DNA from: a virus
Length of the DNA stretch: 54,222 bases
Strand: one strand, 5' to 3'
Virus record (IMG/VR): IMGVR_UViG_3300046507_000271
Span: 1-54,222 of that record
The notes beneath the pieces were generated by a model. It was not told the DNA's origin, did no database searches, and worked only from the letters and a program-made list of their open reading frames with translations. This document shows positions 15,885 to 24,040 of the stretch, piece by piece; positions within the stretch are counted from its first letter, which is position 1, and the number at the start of each line of letters is the position of its first letter. The position numbers and the translations under genes are program-made.

Positions 15885-16307
15885 TCACCTCCTTGCCTTG
15901 CGACCAGCATGAATCGGGCCTTCGTCGTCGGCGCCGATCGCGCGAACCCAATGGACACAACCGCGATCCGGCATCGCCTGCACATACGGCCTACCTTCGT
16001 GCATGCAAAGGATTACCGCACCGCCTGCGCGCCACTCGGCGAAGTGCTCACAGCCGATGCAATGGCGGTCGGTGGATTCAGCGTTGAACAGTCCAATTTT
16101 GCATCCCACTTCTGCGTTTCTTGCGACAAGATACCACGGAGGAATCCGCGCGCCAATAAAAATCCTGCTGCGGTATTGGTGCAAATGATGCGTACCAGGC
16201 GAAATTACTCGACATGCTTGTCTGGCGCGGGTTTGCGAGCGCCGGTACACTGGATCTGTACCAGATAGGCTATTGACCGATGGAGTGTGATGCAGAAGCG
16301 CGCCCAT
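15885..16307 (-). CDS. Hypothetical Cys/His-rich protein (start uncertain)
   Basis: 140-aa track ORF adjacent to the att region. Only the C-terminal ~90 aa looks coding. No clear RBS. Confidence 0.3.
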   Translation of the reverse strand: MGALLHHTPSVNSLSGTDPVYRRSQTRARQACRVISPGTHHLHQYRSRIFIGARIPPWYLVARNAEVGCKIGLFNAESTDRHCIGCEHFAEWRAGGAVILCMHEGRPYVQAMPDRGCVHWVRAIGADDEGPIHAGRKARR

Positions 16308-16408
16308 GTGATGAGCGGCGTAAAAAGAGGGTGCCGGAAAACTTCAGAGAGCAGATACAATTAAGCCGGCAACGGGTGCCGGCTTGCATGTTTTCCTGCC
16401 TGATTTAA

Positions 16409-16594
16409 TGCGACTGTACCAAATTCGTACCAATCGCCCGCAGAGCCTTATTCTATAAGGGTGCTTGGTGCCCAGGAGAGGACACTTATCCGGTATCCGT
16501 TGACCGTCAAACCCTGATGTAACCGTGCTTTACGGATACTATCATGGTATCATTTGGTCGATTTTAGAGTGCGACTGTACCAACTGCTGTACCA
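16409..16594. repeat. attP-arm-type direct repeats flanking an operator palindrome
   Basis: TGCGACTGTACCAA occurs at 16409-16422 and 16570-16583. Each copy is followed 4-5 nt later by GTACCA (16427-16432 and 16589-16594). Lies directly upstream of int. Confidence 0.45.
16535..16551. promoter_or_regulatory. Operator palindrome GATAC-N7-GTATC next to int
   Basis: Perfect copy gatactatcatggtatc. On the + strand it supplies a TATCAT -10-like hexamer ~75 nt upstream of the int start. Confidence 0.5.
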
Positions 16595-16628
16595 GGTGCC
16601 GTCGCCAAACAAAAAGGAACCGGAAAAC

Positions 16629-17639
16629 GTGGCGACATACCAGAAGCGCGGCGAGAGCTGGCGCGCAATCGTGCGCAAGGCGGGGCATAAGCCCGTGAGC
16701 GCATCATTCAACACCAAGCCCGAGGCGGTGGCGTGGGCGACCGCTACTGAGGCAAAGCTGAACGAAGGTGGTCAGGTTGTCGACGACAACACCGTCACCC
16801 TGCCGACAGTCTCAAAGCTATTGACTCGCTATGCCCTTGAGGTTAGCCCGACGAAGCGGGGCGAGCGTTGGGAGGTTATGCGGCTTGAAATGCTTGCCCG
16901 TAATTTTCAGGTCTTCCAGAAGCCGCTTTCCCGATTCTCTCCGCAAGATGTGGCTGATTGGCGCGATGACCGATTGAGCGTCGTTTCCGCTTCGTCCGTC
17001 AATCGAGAACTGAACCTTATTTCGGCCGTGTTCACGACTGCGATCAAGGAATGGCGCATGCCTCTCAAGGAAAACCCGGTGCATCTGATCCGCCGGCCAA
17101 AGAGCGCGCGCCCGCGCAAGCGCCGCGTGGATAACACAGAAATCCAGACGATGTGCAATGCGCTCGGTTGGGACATGAAGGCAACGCCGGAGATTTCCAA
17201 GCACCTGATCGCCTGGTCATTCGTCTTCGCCGTCGAAACGGCAATGCGCCGCGGCGAGATCCTGAACATTCGGCATCGCGACGTCAACATCGCCGAGCGC
17301 TATATCCATCTGCCGCAGACGAAGAACGACGACGCGCGCAACGTTCCCCTGTCCACGCGTGCCGTTGATCTGCTTTCGCTGCTTGCGAAGGGCCGGCCAG
17401 ATGATTTTCTGGTGCCAGTGAATGCCGGATCATTCGATACTCTGTTCCGCGAGGCGAAAAAAAAGGCCGGATTGACCGACCTGCATTTCCACGACTCGCG
17501 CCGCGAAGCTGCGACGCGCATGTCCAAGTTGCTGCCGAACGTTTTAGAACTGTCGGCGGTGACAGGGCACAAGACCCTCAAGATGCTGCAAATCTACTAT
17601 GAGCCGAAGGCGACGGACATCGCCGCCAAGCTCGGTTAG
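16629..17639 (+). CDS. int: Tyrosine recombinase / phage integrase
   Basis: GTG 16629 with AAGGAA 9 nt upstream. N-terminus ATYQKRGESWRAIVRK. C-terminal catalytic region HFHDSRREAATRM...VTGHKTLKMLQIYY (R..HxxR..Y). Confidence 0.9.
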   Translation: MATYQKRGESWRAIVRKAGHKPVSASFNTKPEAVAWATATEAKLNEGGQVVDDNTVTLPTVSKLLTRYALEVSPTKRGERWEVMRLEMLARNFQVFQKPLSRFSPQDVADWRDDRLSVVSASSVNRELNLISAVFTTAIKEWRMPLKENPVHLIRRPKSARPRKRRVDNTEIQTMCNALGWDMKATPEISKHLIAWSFVFAVETAMRRGEILNIRHRDVNIAERYIHLPQTKNDDARNVPLSTRAVDLLSLLAKGRPDDFLVPVNAGSFDTLFREAKKKAGLTDLHFHDSRREAATRMSKLLPNVLELSAVTGHKTLKMLQIYYEPKATDIAAKLG

Positions 17640-17863
17640 ACAACGGTGGGCGTCCTTCGCGGGCGCCCACGCTGCGCGGGCGCTGCCTGCGTGCTCTGCG
17701 CTATCACCCAATCTCTCACCACTGACGGAACCCAACGCGGCCGGCCAAGACCGGCGACACGCGGCGGCAGGCTTGCCGGCTTCTTCGTAACCATCGTTTG
17801 CACGGATGCGGGGCTGTAGCCTAAAAACTTCGCCAGTTCCTTGTGCGTCCAAAGTTCTTCCAC
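17636..17863 (-). CDS. xis: Excisionase / AlpA-type DNA-binding protein
   Basis: GTG 17863 with an AAGGGG RBS. ELWTHKELAKFLGYSPASVQTMVTKK...PRWVPSVVRDWV is an AlpA/MerR-type HTH. Converges on int with a 4-nt overlap. Confidence 0.55.
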   Translation of the reverse strand: MEELWTHKELAKFLGYSPASVQTMVTKKPASLPPRVAGLGRPRWVPSVVRDWVIAQSTQAAPAQRGRPRRTPTVV

Positions 17864-17873
17864 GTCTATCCCC

Positions 17874-18383
17874 TTATGCCGCCTGACGGAGTGCGAACCG
17901 TTCTGTAGCCTGGCCGCGCCGAATCTGAACCGCTTTGCCCGCGTGCAGCCGCCGTGTGTACTCGGCACACGCGCGCACATACTGACGGCGACTCACCGTG
18001 TCGACCAGTTGCTCAAACAGCGCTATGCCGCCATTCATCGCGCGCAGCTCGTCGCCAGTCAGCACGAACCGGCCGATCTCCTGAAATCGTTCGCAGACTT
18101 CGATCATGGAATTCTGCATAGCGTACAGCGGCTCAAGACCTATGTTGCGATTGCCGGCGCTTTCGCATAACACGATAGCGATGTTGCCCGTCACGACGAG
18201 CGTGTCCCATTCGTTCTTCGTGCCGGTGCCGCGTGATAGGGCAAGGGCGGCCATGTGAACGCTAGTCAGCACCTCCAGCTTTTCCTCGCCTTGCATCGGC
18301 TCGTCGGCGTTGAATAGAGTCGATACGACGTCTTTGCGTGCGACTAACTTGCGCGCCTTGCGTGGCTTCTTCGGGGTTGGCAT
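17874..18383 (-). CDS. Hypothetical early protein
   Basis: 169-aa ORF with a basic N-terminus (PKKPRKARK). Coding-like codon usage. Confidence 0.45.
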   Translation of the reverse strand: MPTPKKPRKARKLVARKDVVSTLFNADEPMQGEEKLEVLTSVHMAALALSRGTGTKNEWDTLVVTGNIAIVLCESAGNRNIGLEPLYAMQNSMIEVCERFQEIGRFVLTGDELRAMNGGIALFEQLVDTVSRRQYVRACAEYTRRLHAGKAVQIRRGQATERFALRQAA

Positions 18384-18448
18384 ATTCAGATCATCCAGTA
18401 AGTGCGGGTCAATTCGATGATCCGCTGTGCTGCTGCTTCAATCACTTG

Positions 18449-19057
18449 CTATTCCTTCCTCAATCCCTCTGATTGCGCGGATGCGTAGAGCGGCGTACCA
18501 ACCGGCACCTCAGATGCCTTGAACGCTGCCATCGTGAAGCCGTCAGTGCCTGGCATTGTCCCGGCCACACCCACCGGCTGCGCATCGACGGCTGGCGCTA
18601 CAGTGGCGATCTGCGCTTCGAGTGCGGCTATGCGCTTGTTCACCGCGTTGTGCTCAGCCTTCCAATACTCGGCGGTACGGCGGGCCTGATCGCGGGCCTC
18701 GCATAGCTTGCGCAACTCTGCGCTGTCGCGATGGTGCTGATCTACCAACCCAGTCGCCTGAGCTCTGTCTGTGGCGAGAGCCTCGATCTGGTCCTTGTGG
18801 TCAAGATAGTGCCGGTACGCGCCTTCGATAAAGCCCTGTTCGACGAATGCAGCAATGCGCTTGGCGCGCTCGGCAGCGTCGGGCACATCCGCGATCCGCT
18901 TGGACAAATCGGTCAGCCGGATTTCGCTTGCCCAAAGCGCGGCCATCGTTTCGAGGGCGGCCAGCGCTTTGTTGAGCGCCCGACGCTGATTCGGCGTCAT
19001 CTGTTCGAGATCGTCGTCGCCCGCAGCGCTGGCGGGATTCGGTTGGTGTTCACTCAT
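18449..19057 (-). CDS. Coiled-coil early protein (Ea22-like flavour)
   Basis: 202 aa with long heptad helices. ATGA-type coupling to the upstream gene. Confidence 0.45.
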   Translation of the reverse strand: MSEHQPNPASAAGDDDLEQMTPNQRRALNKALAALETMAALWASEIRLTDLSKRIADVPDAAERAKRIAAFVEQGFIEGAYRHYLDHKDQIEALATDRAQATGLVDQHHRDSAELRKLCEARDQARRTAEYWKAEHNAVNKRIAALEAQIATVAPAVDAQPVGVAGTMPGTDGFTMAAFKASEVPVGTPLYASAQSEGLRKE

Positions 19058-20238
19058 TTCGTGTCTCCGCTTGCAGATTGAGCGGCGGCCAGGGCGGCGT
19101 CGATGGCGGATCGCATTTGATCGGCATTCCAGCTACGGCTGATGGAGCCAGGATTCGGGCATGGGAAAGCATTGAACGCTGCAAGAGCCGCTTCGACCTG
19201 AGCATCCGCGAGCGCTGTCTGTGCTGGCGGGGCGGCTAGTGCAGCCCGAGCACGTTCGGGGTATGAATGGTCGCAACCCTCGGTTCCGTTGCAAATGGGG
19301 CACGGAAGCCACGGATACCCGAGAGAGTCCAACAGTGTCCTATAGGCGGAAGGCTCCGCACCCTGCGCCACATTGGCGGCGTCAACACGCGAGCGATGAA
19401 ATGCATCTGCGTATTCGCGCATCTGGTCCATCGTGTACAACTTGTCTGGGCGCGAGTTTTCGTACATCGCGACGACGAAATCAGGATGCCAACTTGACGT
19501 TTTCTCGCCTTCAGCTTTCAGGTCCGCATAGTCGGCAGATGTTGGCGATAGAAAGTCAGGAATATCGTCTCGCCTAGAAATCCATGCTTTATTCCCGTAC
19601 GCCGCTTTAACGATTGTCGCGAGGTCCGTGATAGGTTTCGAATCCTGCGCCACATTGGCGGAAGTTGATGCGGTGCGGGCGTATGCTATGCCTGCGCTCC
19701 ACATCTGCTTGGCGGGCCAGTCGTTATCGAACACTGCCCCGGCTTGTGCAACACTGGCCGCTCGCGCTTCCATATACGCTTCGATGAACGCCCCGCGCTC
19801 GTCCTGCTCGACCGATGGCGCAGCAGGCTTGCTTGCTTCATTGGCGAGAGGGGCGGCGTCAATGCGGGCTTCAGCGATAGTCGAATAGCGTCCGCTGCAC
19901 TTCGGGCACGCAAGCCCCATCACGCCCTCGCGGTGGCATCCGGGGCACTTATCCTCAACGGGCGACGGGCCAGTCCAACCACACGGGTAGCCGCACGATG
20001 CGTCGGTATCATGTGAATCGTTGATCCCGATATGGCCGCATTCTGCGCACTCGCAGCAATCCACATAAACCGTCGCCGCCTCTTTGTCGATAGCGGCAGG
20101 CTGGCGGGCGAGCAACGCGCGCAGATCATCGACCGTGATGGTTACGACTGTGCCGGGGCTGTCCTGTACCGTGGCGACCGTTTGGCCGACGCCGTTCATT
20201 TCCCATGCTTCGATGAAATACTTCAGTTTTTCGCTCAT
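19054..20238 (-). CDS. Multi-zinc-ribbon early protein, paralog family
   Basis: 394 aa. Contains CCECAECGH, CPGCHREGVMGLACPKCSG and CPICNGTEGCDH. Shares the APSVEQDERGA block and the C-terminal AAQSASGD tail with 33757..34482. Confidence 0.5.
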   Translation of the reverse strand: MSEKLKYFIEAWEMNGVGQTVATVQDSPGTVVTITVDDLRALLARQPAAIDKEAATVYVDCCECAECGHIGINDSHDTDASCGYPCGWTGPSPVEDKCPGCHREGVMGLACPKCSGRYSTIAEARIDAAPLANEASKPAAPSVEQDERGAFIEAYMEARAASVAQAGAVFDNDWPAKQMWSAGIAYARTASTSANVAQDSKPITDLATIVKAAYGNKAWISRRDDIPDFLSPTSADYADLKAEGEKTSSWHPDFVVAMYENSRPDKLYTMDQMREYADAFHRSRVDAANVAQGAEPSAYRTLLDSLGYPWLPCPICNGTEGCDHSYPERARAALAAPPAQTALADAQVEAALAAFNAFPCPNPGSISRSWNADQMRSAIDAALAAAQSASGDTK

Positions 20239-21056
20239 GCCTGGTCCCCGTTAGATGCGGCAGCGATCAATGAGAGGGCGTCGGCGCATGCTTCCTGCGC
20301 GGTCTCACCCTGTCCCCGCACGATCACCTTTCTCGACTTCGCATATGCAGCGGTGCCCGGCTCGCCTTGCGCGGGACGGTCGGTGATCCACGCCATCCAG
20401 CCGGTTTGACGCGTGTAGGCGAGTTCGAAATAGCAATACGGGTTGCCCTCAAGCTGCTCGGCGTGGAATGAAACCAGGCTATCGACCGGGCTCGCCACAG
20501 TCGCGGCTACGCGAGGAAGCGGCGCGGCGTAGAGCGCACGGACCTCATAAATGTCGGAGTGCCTCTCTGCAATCCTCTTTGCGTCCGCTTCATCGAGATT
20601 TATCCACTCGTGATTGCTCTTGAGTGGGCGCGATTGCCATTGCGCCACCGGCTCTTGCGCTCCGCCAGCAGCTATCGCGGCGACGTGCTCGCTGAGGTAT
20701 CCGGCAAGTGCGCAAGCGAAATCAGCGGCGAGCCGTTCCTCAATGTAGCGTTGGAAGTCGTGCCGACGTAGGCGCTTTGCGAAGAACTCTGCAATGTAGG
20801 CTCGGCCTCCCGTGCTCGTGCTTATATCGTGCTGGCCGATGATTGGCGCGGCGTCTGCCTGCGGAGTGGGTGATCGACGGTTCCACATTGCGGTCACTTC
20901 CTCGCCGGTGTCTTTCAGCGCGGTCTGCATGCCACAATCGCAATCGACGAATGCGTGATTAAGGGGCGAATATCCAACGATCAACTTCGGAGCGGCGCCG
21001 CACATCGGGCACGGCAGCAGACTCGCTGCGCCTGTATTCATAGTCGTTGTGTTCAT
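20235..21056 (-). CDS. Protein with an N-terminal Lar-like (restriction-alleviation) zinc ribbon
   Basis: Internal ATG 21056. LLPCPMCGAAPKLIV...VDCDCGMQT...EEVTAMWNRRS matches the Lar-family pattern CPxCG...C.CG...WNRR. The ~200-aa C-terminal part is of unknown function. Confidence 0.5.
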   Translation of the reverse strand: MNTTTMNTGAASLLPCPMCGAAPKLIVGYSPLNHAFVDCDCGMQTALKDTGEEVTAMWNRRSPTPQADAAPIIGQHDISTSTGGRAYIAEFFAKRLRRHDFQRYIEERLAADFACALAGYLSEHVAAIAAGGAQEPVAQWQSRPLKSNHEWINLDEADAKRIAERHSDIYEVRALYAAPLPRVAATVASPVDSLVSFHAEQLEGNPYCYFELAYTRQTGWMAWITDRPAQGEPGTAAYAKSRKVIVRGQGETAQEACADALSLIAAASNGDQA

Positions 21057-21079
21057 GTCTATGCCGGTAACGTAGTGGG

Positions 21080-21328
21080 TCAGGCGTCTTGCGCTTTCGT
21101 CGAAGTTCCGCAGAAAGGGCAGAAGCTTGCGATGACGGGAATCGACTTGCCGCGTTTGAAACCGGCAGCATTGGCAGTGATCTTGAATTCCGTCTTGTGG
21201 ATTACTTGGACGGATTTGCCGAAGGTGAAGCCAGCAGCCTGACATTCAGCGCCCGCCGGCGCACCCAACTCATCCGTGTACTTCGCTTGCAGCCTCTTTT
21301 CGAGGTCGTTGATGCAGTTGCAATTCAT
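21080..21328 (-). CDS. Hypothetical small protein with a C-terminal CPFCG
   Basis: 82-aa ORF in the co-directional early operon. Confidence 0.4.
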   Translation of the reverse strand: MNCNCINDLEKRLQAKYTDELGAPAGAECQAAGFTFGKSVQVIHKTEFKITANAAGFKRGKSIPVIASFCPFCGTSTKAQDA

Positions 21329-21401
21329 GGCCGGCGCCTCAATAGAAGGGTTTCAGGTTTATTCGAAAAAGAGCGGCCGGGGATGCGCCGCTCAACGCTC
21401 G

Positions 21402-21734
21402 TCACGCAGCTACGCTTGCATTCGGCTTGCGGGTTATTGCGGGTATGTTGCCAATGCGAATGCTTACCTGGTCGTGGTTATCCCGCGCAAGGATGGCTGC
21501 GGTTGCCGCGATCAGGTTGTGCGTCAGTTGACTTGTAGGCGTGATAGAGCGCAGGTATGCGTCTGTCGCCTGGGCGAGCGCGCGGGCAAGTTGGTCTTGT
21601 TTCACCGTGCGGGTTCCGATGTGGCGCTTTGAGGCGGCCGCCCGGCGCGCAATGACTGAGCATGCGCTTACACGAGCGGCCATGATGGCGTTCGCAGGCG
21701 TGCGTAATAATGCTGAGAATTTCGTGTAGAGCAT
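21402..21734 (-). CDS. Hypothetical protein
   Basis: 110 aa. ATG preceded by AACGGAACGGAACC. First gene after the promoter at 21785-21813. Confidence 0.45.
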   Translation of the reverse strand: MLYTKFSALLRTPANAIMAARVSACSVIARRAAASKRHIGTRTVKQDQLARALAQATDAYLRSITPTSQLTHNLIAATAAILARDNHDQVSIRIGNIPAITRKPNASVAA

Positions 21735-21784
21735 GGTTCCGTTCCGTTTATTGTTGATTATCGATGTGTGCTGCTATTGGCGTA

Positions 21785-21813
21785 ACGATACCGCAACAGT
21801 ATCTGTAACGCAA
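21785..21813 (-). promoter_or_regulatory. Sigma70-like promoter with embedded operator palindrome (type 2)
   Basis: Minus strand reads TTGCGT, a 17-bp spacer, then TATCGT. Perfect palindrome at 21787-21803. Confidence 0.6.
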
Positions 21814-21816
21814 TAC

Positions 21817-22176
21817 CTAATTTCGTGTTTTCATGCATAAATCACGGAAGCGCCGCTGTTCAGCCTCGTATCCGATGAGATTTCGGTGCATCCAGACTGG
21901 CGACGCACTCCGTTTTGTCTTTCGTTCGATAGCTTCGCGCAGTGCATCGCCTTCGAGCAGGGCATAGCGCACGCGTGACGTCGTGGCGTCGCGCCAGATG
22001 ACGCCTTTCGCGACGAGTGCATGCAGCGTGTCGCGTACAGCAGCGCGCGGGCGGTCGTTGAGCAGGGCGAATATCTCGTCGAGCGTGAACTGGTAGTTAG
22101 GATCCATTGCCGCGATCATGTCCTCATGAGCGACGGTCTCGGCGGTGCGTGTACTGCTGATGGCGATGTTTTTCAA
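21817..22176 (-). CDS. Winged-helix-like DNA-binding protein
   Basis: TLDEIFALLNDRPRAAVRDTLHALVAKGVIWRD resembles a MarR/wHTH recognition unit. Confidence 0.4.
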   Translation of the reverse strand: MKNIAISSTRTAETVAHEDMIAAMDPNYQFTLDEIFALLNDRPRAAVRDTLHALVAKGVIWRDATTSRVRYALLEGDALREAIERKTKRSASPVWMHRNLIGYEAEQRRFRDLCMKTRN

Positions 22177-22403
22177 TTTGAGCCTCGTGCGGCGTCGATC
22201 TTGTCGAGCGCTTCTCCGATGCCGCGTGCGCTCATGTTGTATTCGTCACTGGTGCCTTCGTACATTGACCGGTGATCCCGAACCGCCGTTTCCAGTGCCC
22301 GTAACCGTTCGCACTCAGCCTCAAGTGCTGCATAGTCGGAGTGGCGAACATAGACGCCGTTGGTGCAGGGCGCCGAGCTGGTGCCGAATCGTTGAACTGT
22401 CAT
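22173..22403 (-). CDS. Hypothetical protein
   Basis: ATGA overlap with the upstream gene. 76 aa. Confidence 0.4.
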   Translation of the reverse strand: MTVQRFGTSSAPCTNGVYVRHSDYAALEAECERLRALETAVRDHRSMYEGTSDEYNMSARGIGEALDKIDAARGSN

Positions 22404-22831
22404 ACCGTCTCCATCTGTGGTTGTGTGATGCCGGTCTCCCGGCGAGTCTGTTCGAGCAATTGCGCCTCGGTTCCGTATAGGCGTTCCCATTCCTCCTGGC
22501 CGGCATGGATGGCAACGCCATATCCGCCGATCCGGTGATGCCGCGGGCAAAGCGGGATCGTGTCGAGATTGCTGCTGCGCTGGCCGCCGCCGGCGAGGTA
22601 GCGGACGTGATGCACCTCGGCCGGCGAATCGCCATAGCCACGATTTCGGCACACTACGCAGCAGAGTCCCGCGACGATGCCCATGTGTTCTCGCTCAGCC
22701 TTTGTCGCAGACTTCCGCGCGGTTTTCTTCATCGGCTTGCGCTCCAGTTCCTTCGTCGCGCTGCGAAAGCTGCTGAACGACGCGCCGGGCTTGCGCTTGA
22801 ATGCGCTTGGCTTCAATGCAGAGCGCTTCAT
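22400..22831 (-). CDS. Ref-like HNH nuclease (recombination enhancement family)
   Basis: Basic N-terminus followed by GLCCVVCRNRGYGDSPAEVHHVR...TIPLCPRHHRIG, as in P1 Ref-type nucleases. ATGA coupling on both sides. Confidence 0.55.
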   Translation of the reverse strand: MKRSALKPSAFKRKPGASFSSFRSATKELERKPMKKTARKSATKAEREHMGIVAGLCCVVCRNRGYGDSPAEVHHVRYLAGGGQRSSNLDTIPLCPRHHRIGGYGVAIHAGQEEWERLYGTEAQLLEQTRRETGITQPQMETV

Positions 22832-23223
22832 CGTGCCGACTCCAGCAATCCGGCGAACGGATGCGCGCGCCCATCGCAAGCACTCCTACGCGCCTTGAAT
22901 ACGCCGGAATACTTGCGGTAGTGGCGAGCCGATGCCTGTTGACGTGCCTCGGTGCGATCGGGCTCTGGCTTGTCGCGCTTGTCGCCGGCAGCGTAGACGG
23001 CGCCCCACAAGCCGCTCTTGCCGACCATGCGGTGCCAGTCGCAGATGTAGACCTGCTTCGGCGTCTGAGTGCGCAAGATGCGCAGATGGCGACGCACGCC
23101 TGTCTCGGCGATGCCGACGATTGCTTGCAACTCGATCGCAGTCATCGGCTCCTGTGCGAGCAGTTCGACGATCTTGCGGCGCGTGTCGTTGCGCACGCTG
23201 TTGGGATTGAGCTTACCGGTCAT
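22828..23223 (-). CDS. ArsR-like wHTH DNA-binding protein
   Basis: RRKIVELLAQEPMTAIELQAIVGIAETGVRRHLRILR. Confidence 0.5.
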   Translation of the reverse strand: MTGKLNPNSVRNDTRRKIVELLAQEPMTAIELQAIVGIAETGVRRHLRILRTQTPKQVYICDWHRMVGKSGLWGAVYAAGDKRDKPEPDRTEARQQASARHYRKYSGVFKARRSACDGRAHPFAGLLESAR

Positions 23224-23666
23224 GCTGCCAGTCCCTCATATCCGGCCGGCGCGGGGTCTTTCCACTTGACGTCGTGTTCGGCACCCCAGGCATAAAGGAA
23301 TTCGATGAATTCTGACGCGTGGCGCTTGCTGAACTTGCGCGTCTGGACGCCAAGCTGCACGAAGCCGGTTCCGTCGAGATTCGGGATGATCGCGCCGACG
23401 CCTTGCACCGGGTCGCCTTCGGCGGCTTTGACACGCGCGAATGCGTCTACCAGGAGGCGCTTCCATGTTTCAAGGTCGCGCATTGATCCCATGAACGGAA
23501 CCTGAGCGGCTACATCCGCGAACATCGCGTGATACTTGGCCTGCTGATCGCTAGATTTTGTCGGCGCCTTGATCTCAACAATGAAGCCGTCTGGCGCGTG
23601 GATGCATGCGCGGATCGCTAACTGGCGCGCGGTGGGATGCACGAGGCGGTAAAGTTGCTTGTCCAT
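23220..23666 (-). CDS. ninB: NinB/Orf-family recombination mediator
   Basis: IVEIKAPTKSSDQQAKYHAMFADVA...IIPNLDGTGFVQLGVQTRKFSKRHASEFIEFLYAWGAEHDVKW is colinear with lambda NinB. Confidence 0.75.
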   Translation of the reverse strand: MDKQLYRLVHPTARQLAIRACIHAPDGFIVEIKAPTKSSDQQAKYHAMFADVAAQVPFMGSMRDLETWKRLLVDAFARVKAAEGDPVQGVGAIIPNLDGTGFVQLGVQTRKFSKRHASEFIEFLYAWGAEHDVKWKDPAPAGYEGLAA

Positions 23667-24040
23667 CACGCCCCCATGACCATGACTTGGCACCGGCCGC
23701 CCTTGACGATCTCGCCGCGCGCGACGAATAGCTCGTCGATCTGCTCGTCGTCGTTGTAGACGCCGGCATGTTCAAGCGCGTCGAAAATCGCCTTGCACCT
23801 GTTATCAAGATCGGCCGCGCGTCGGTCGCGCATGTGCAGGGTGAGCGCAACGCAGAGGCGCGCATCGCCGAACTTGATGGCTTGGCGCTCGGCGACGATC
23901 TCGGCGACGCGCTGGCGGAAGTCCTTTCCCTCGCGGGTTATATACATGCCACGCGGCGACTTACGCCAATAGCAGTTAATCGACGGCGGAAGGGGGAGCG
24001 TCAAAAATTGGGCGACGCCAGATAATGGATGTGTCGTCAT
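23666..24040 (-). CDS. rusA: RusA-type Holliday-junction resolvase
   Basis: LPLPPSINCYWR, DLDNRCKAIFDALEHAGVYNDDEQI. ATGA coupling. Confidence 0.8.
   Translation of the reverse strand: MTTHPLSGVAQFLTLPLPPSINCYWRKSPRGMYITREGKDFRQRVAEIVAERQAIKFGDARLCVALTLHMRDRRAADLDNRCKAIFDALEHAGVYNDDEQIDELFVARGEIVKGGRCQVMVMGA

Noticed and set aside
15396-16268. 290-aa + strand ORF across the ligase and neighbouring genes
   Set aside because: Ser/Arg/Pro-rich antisense translation. The minus-strand ORFs carry ligase motifs and strong RBSs.
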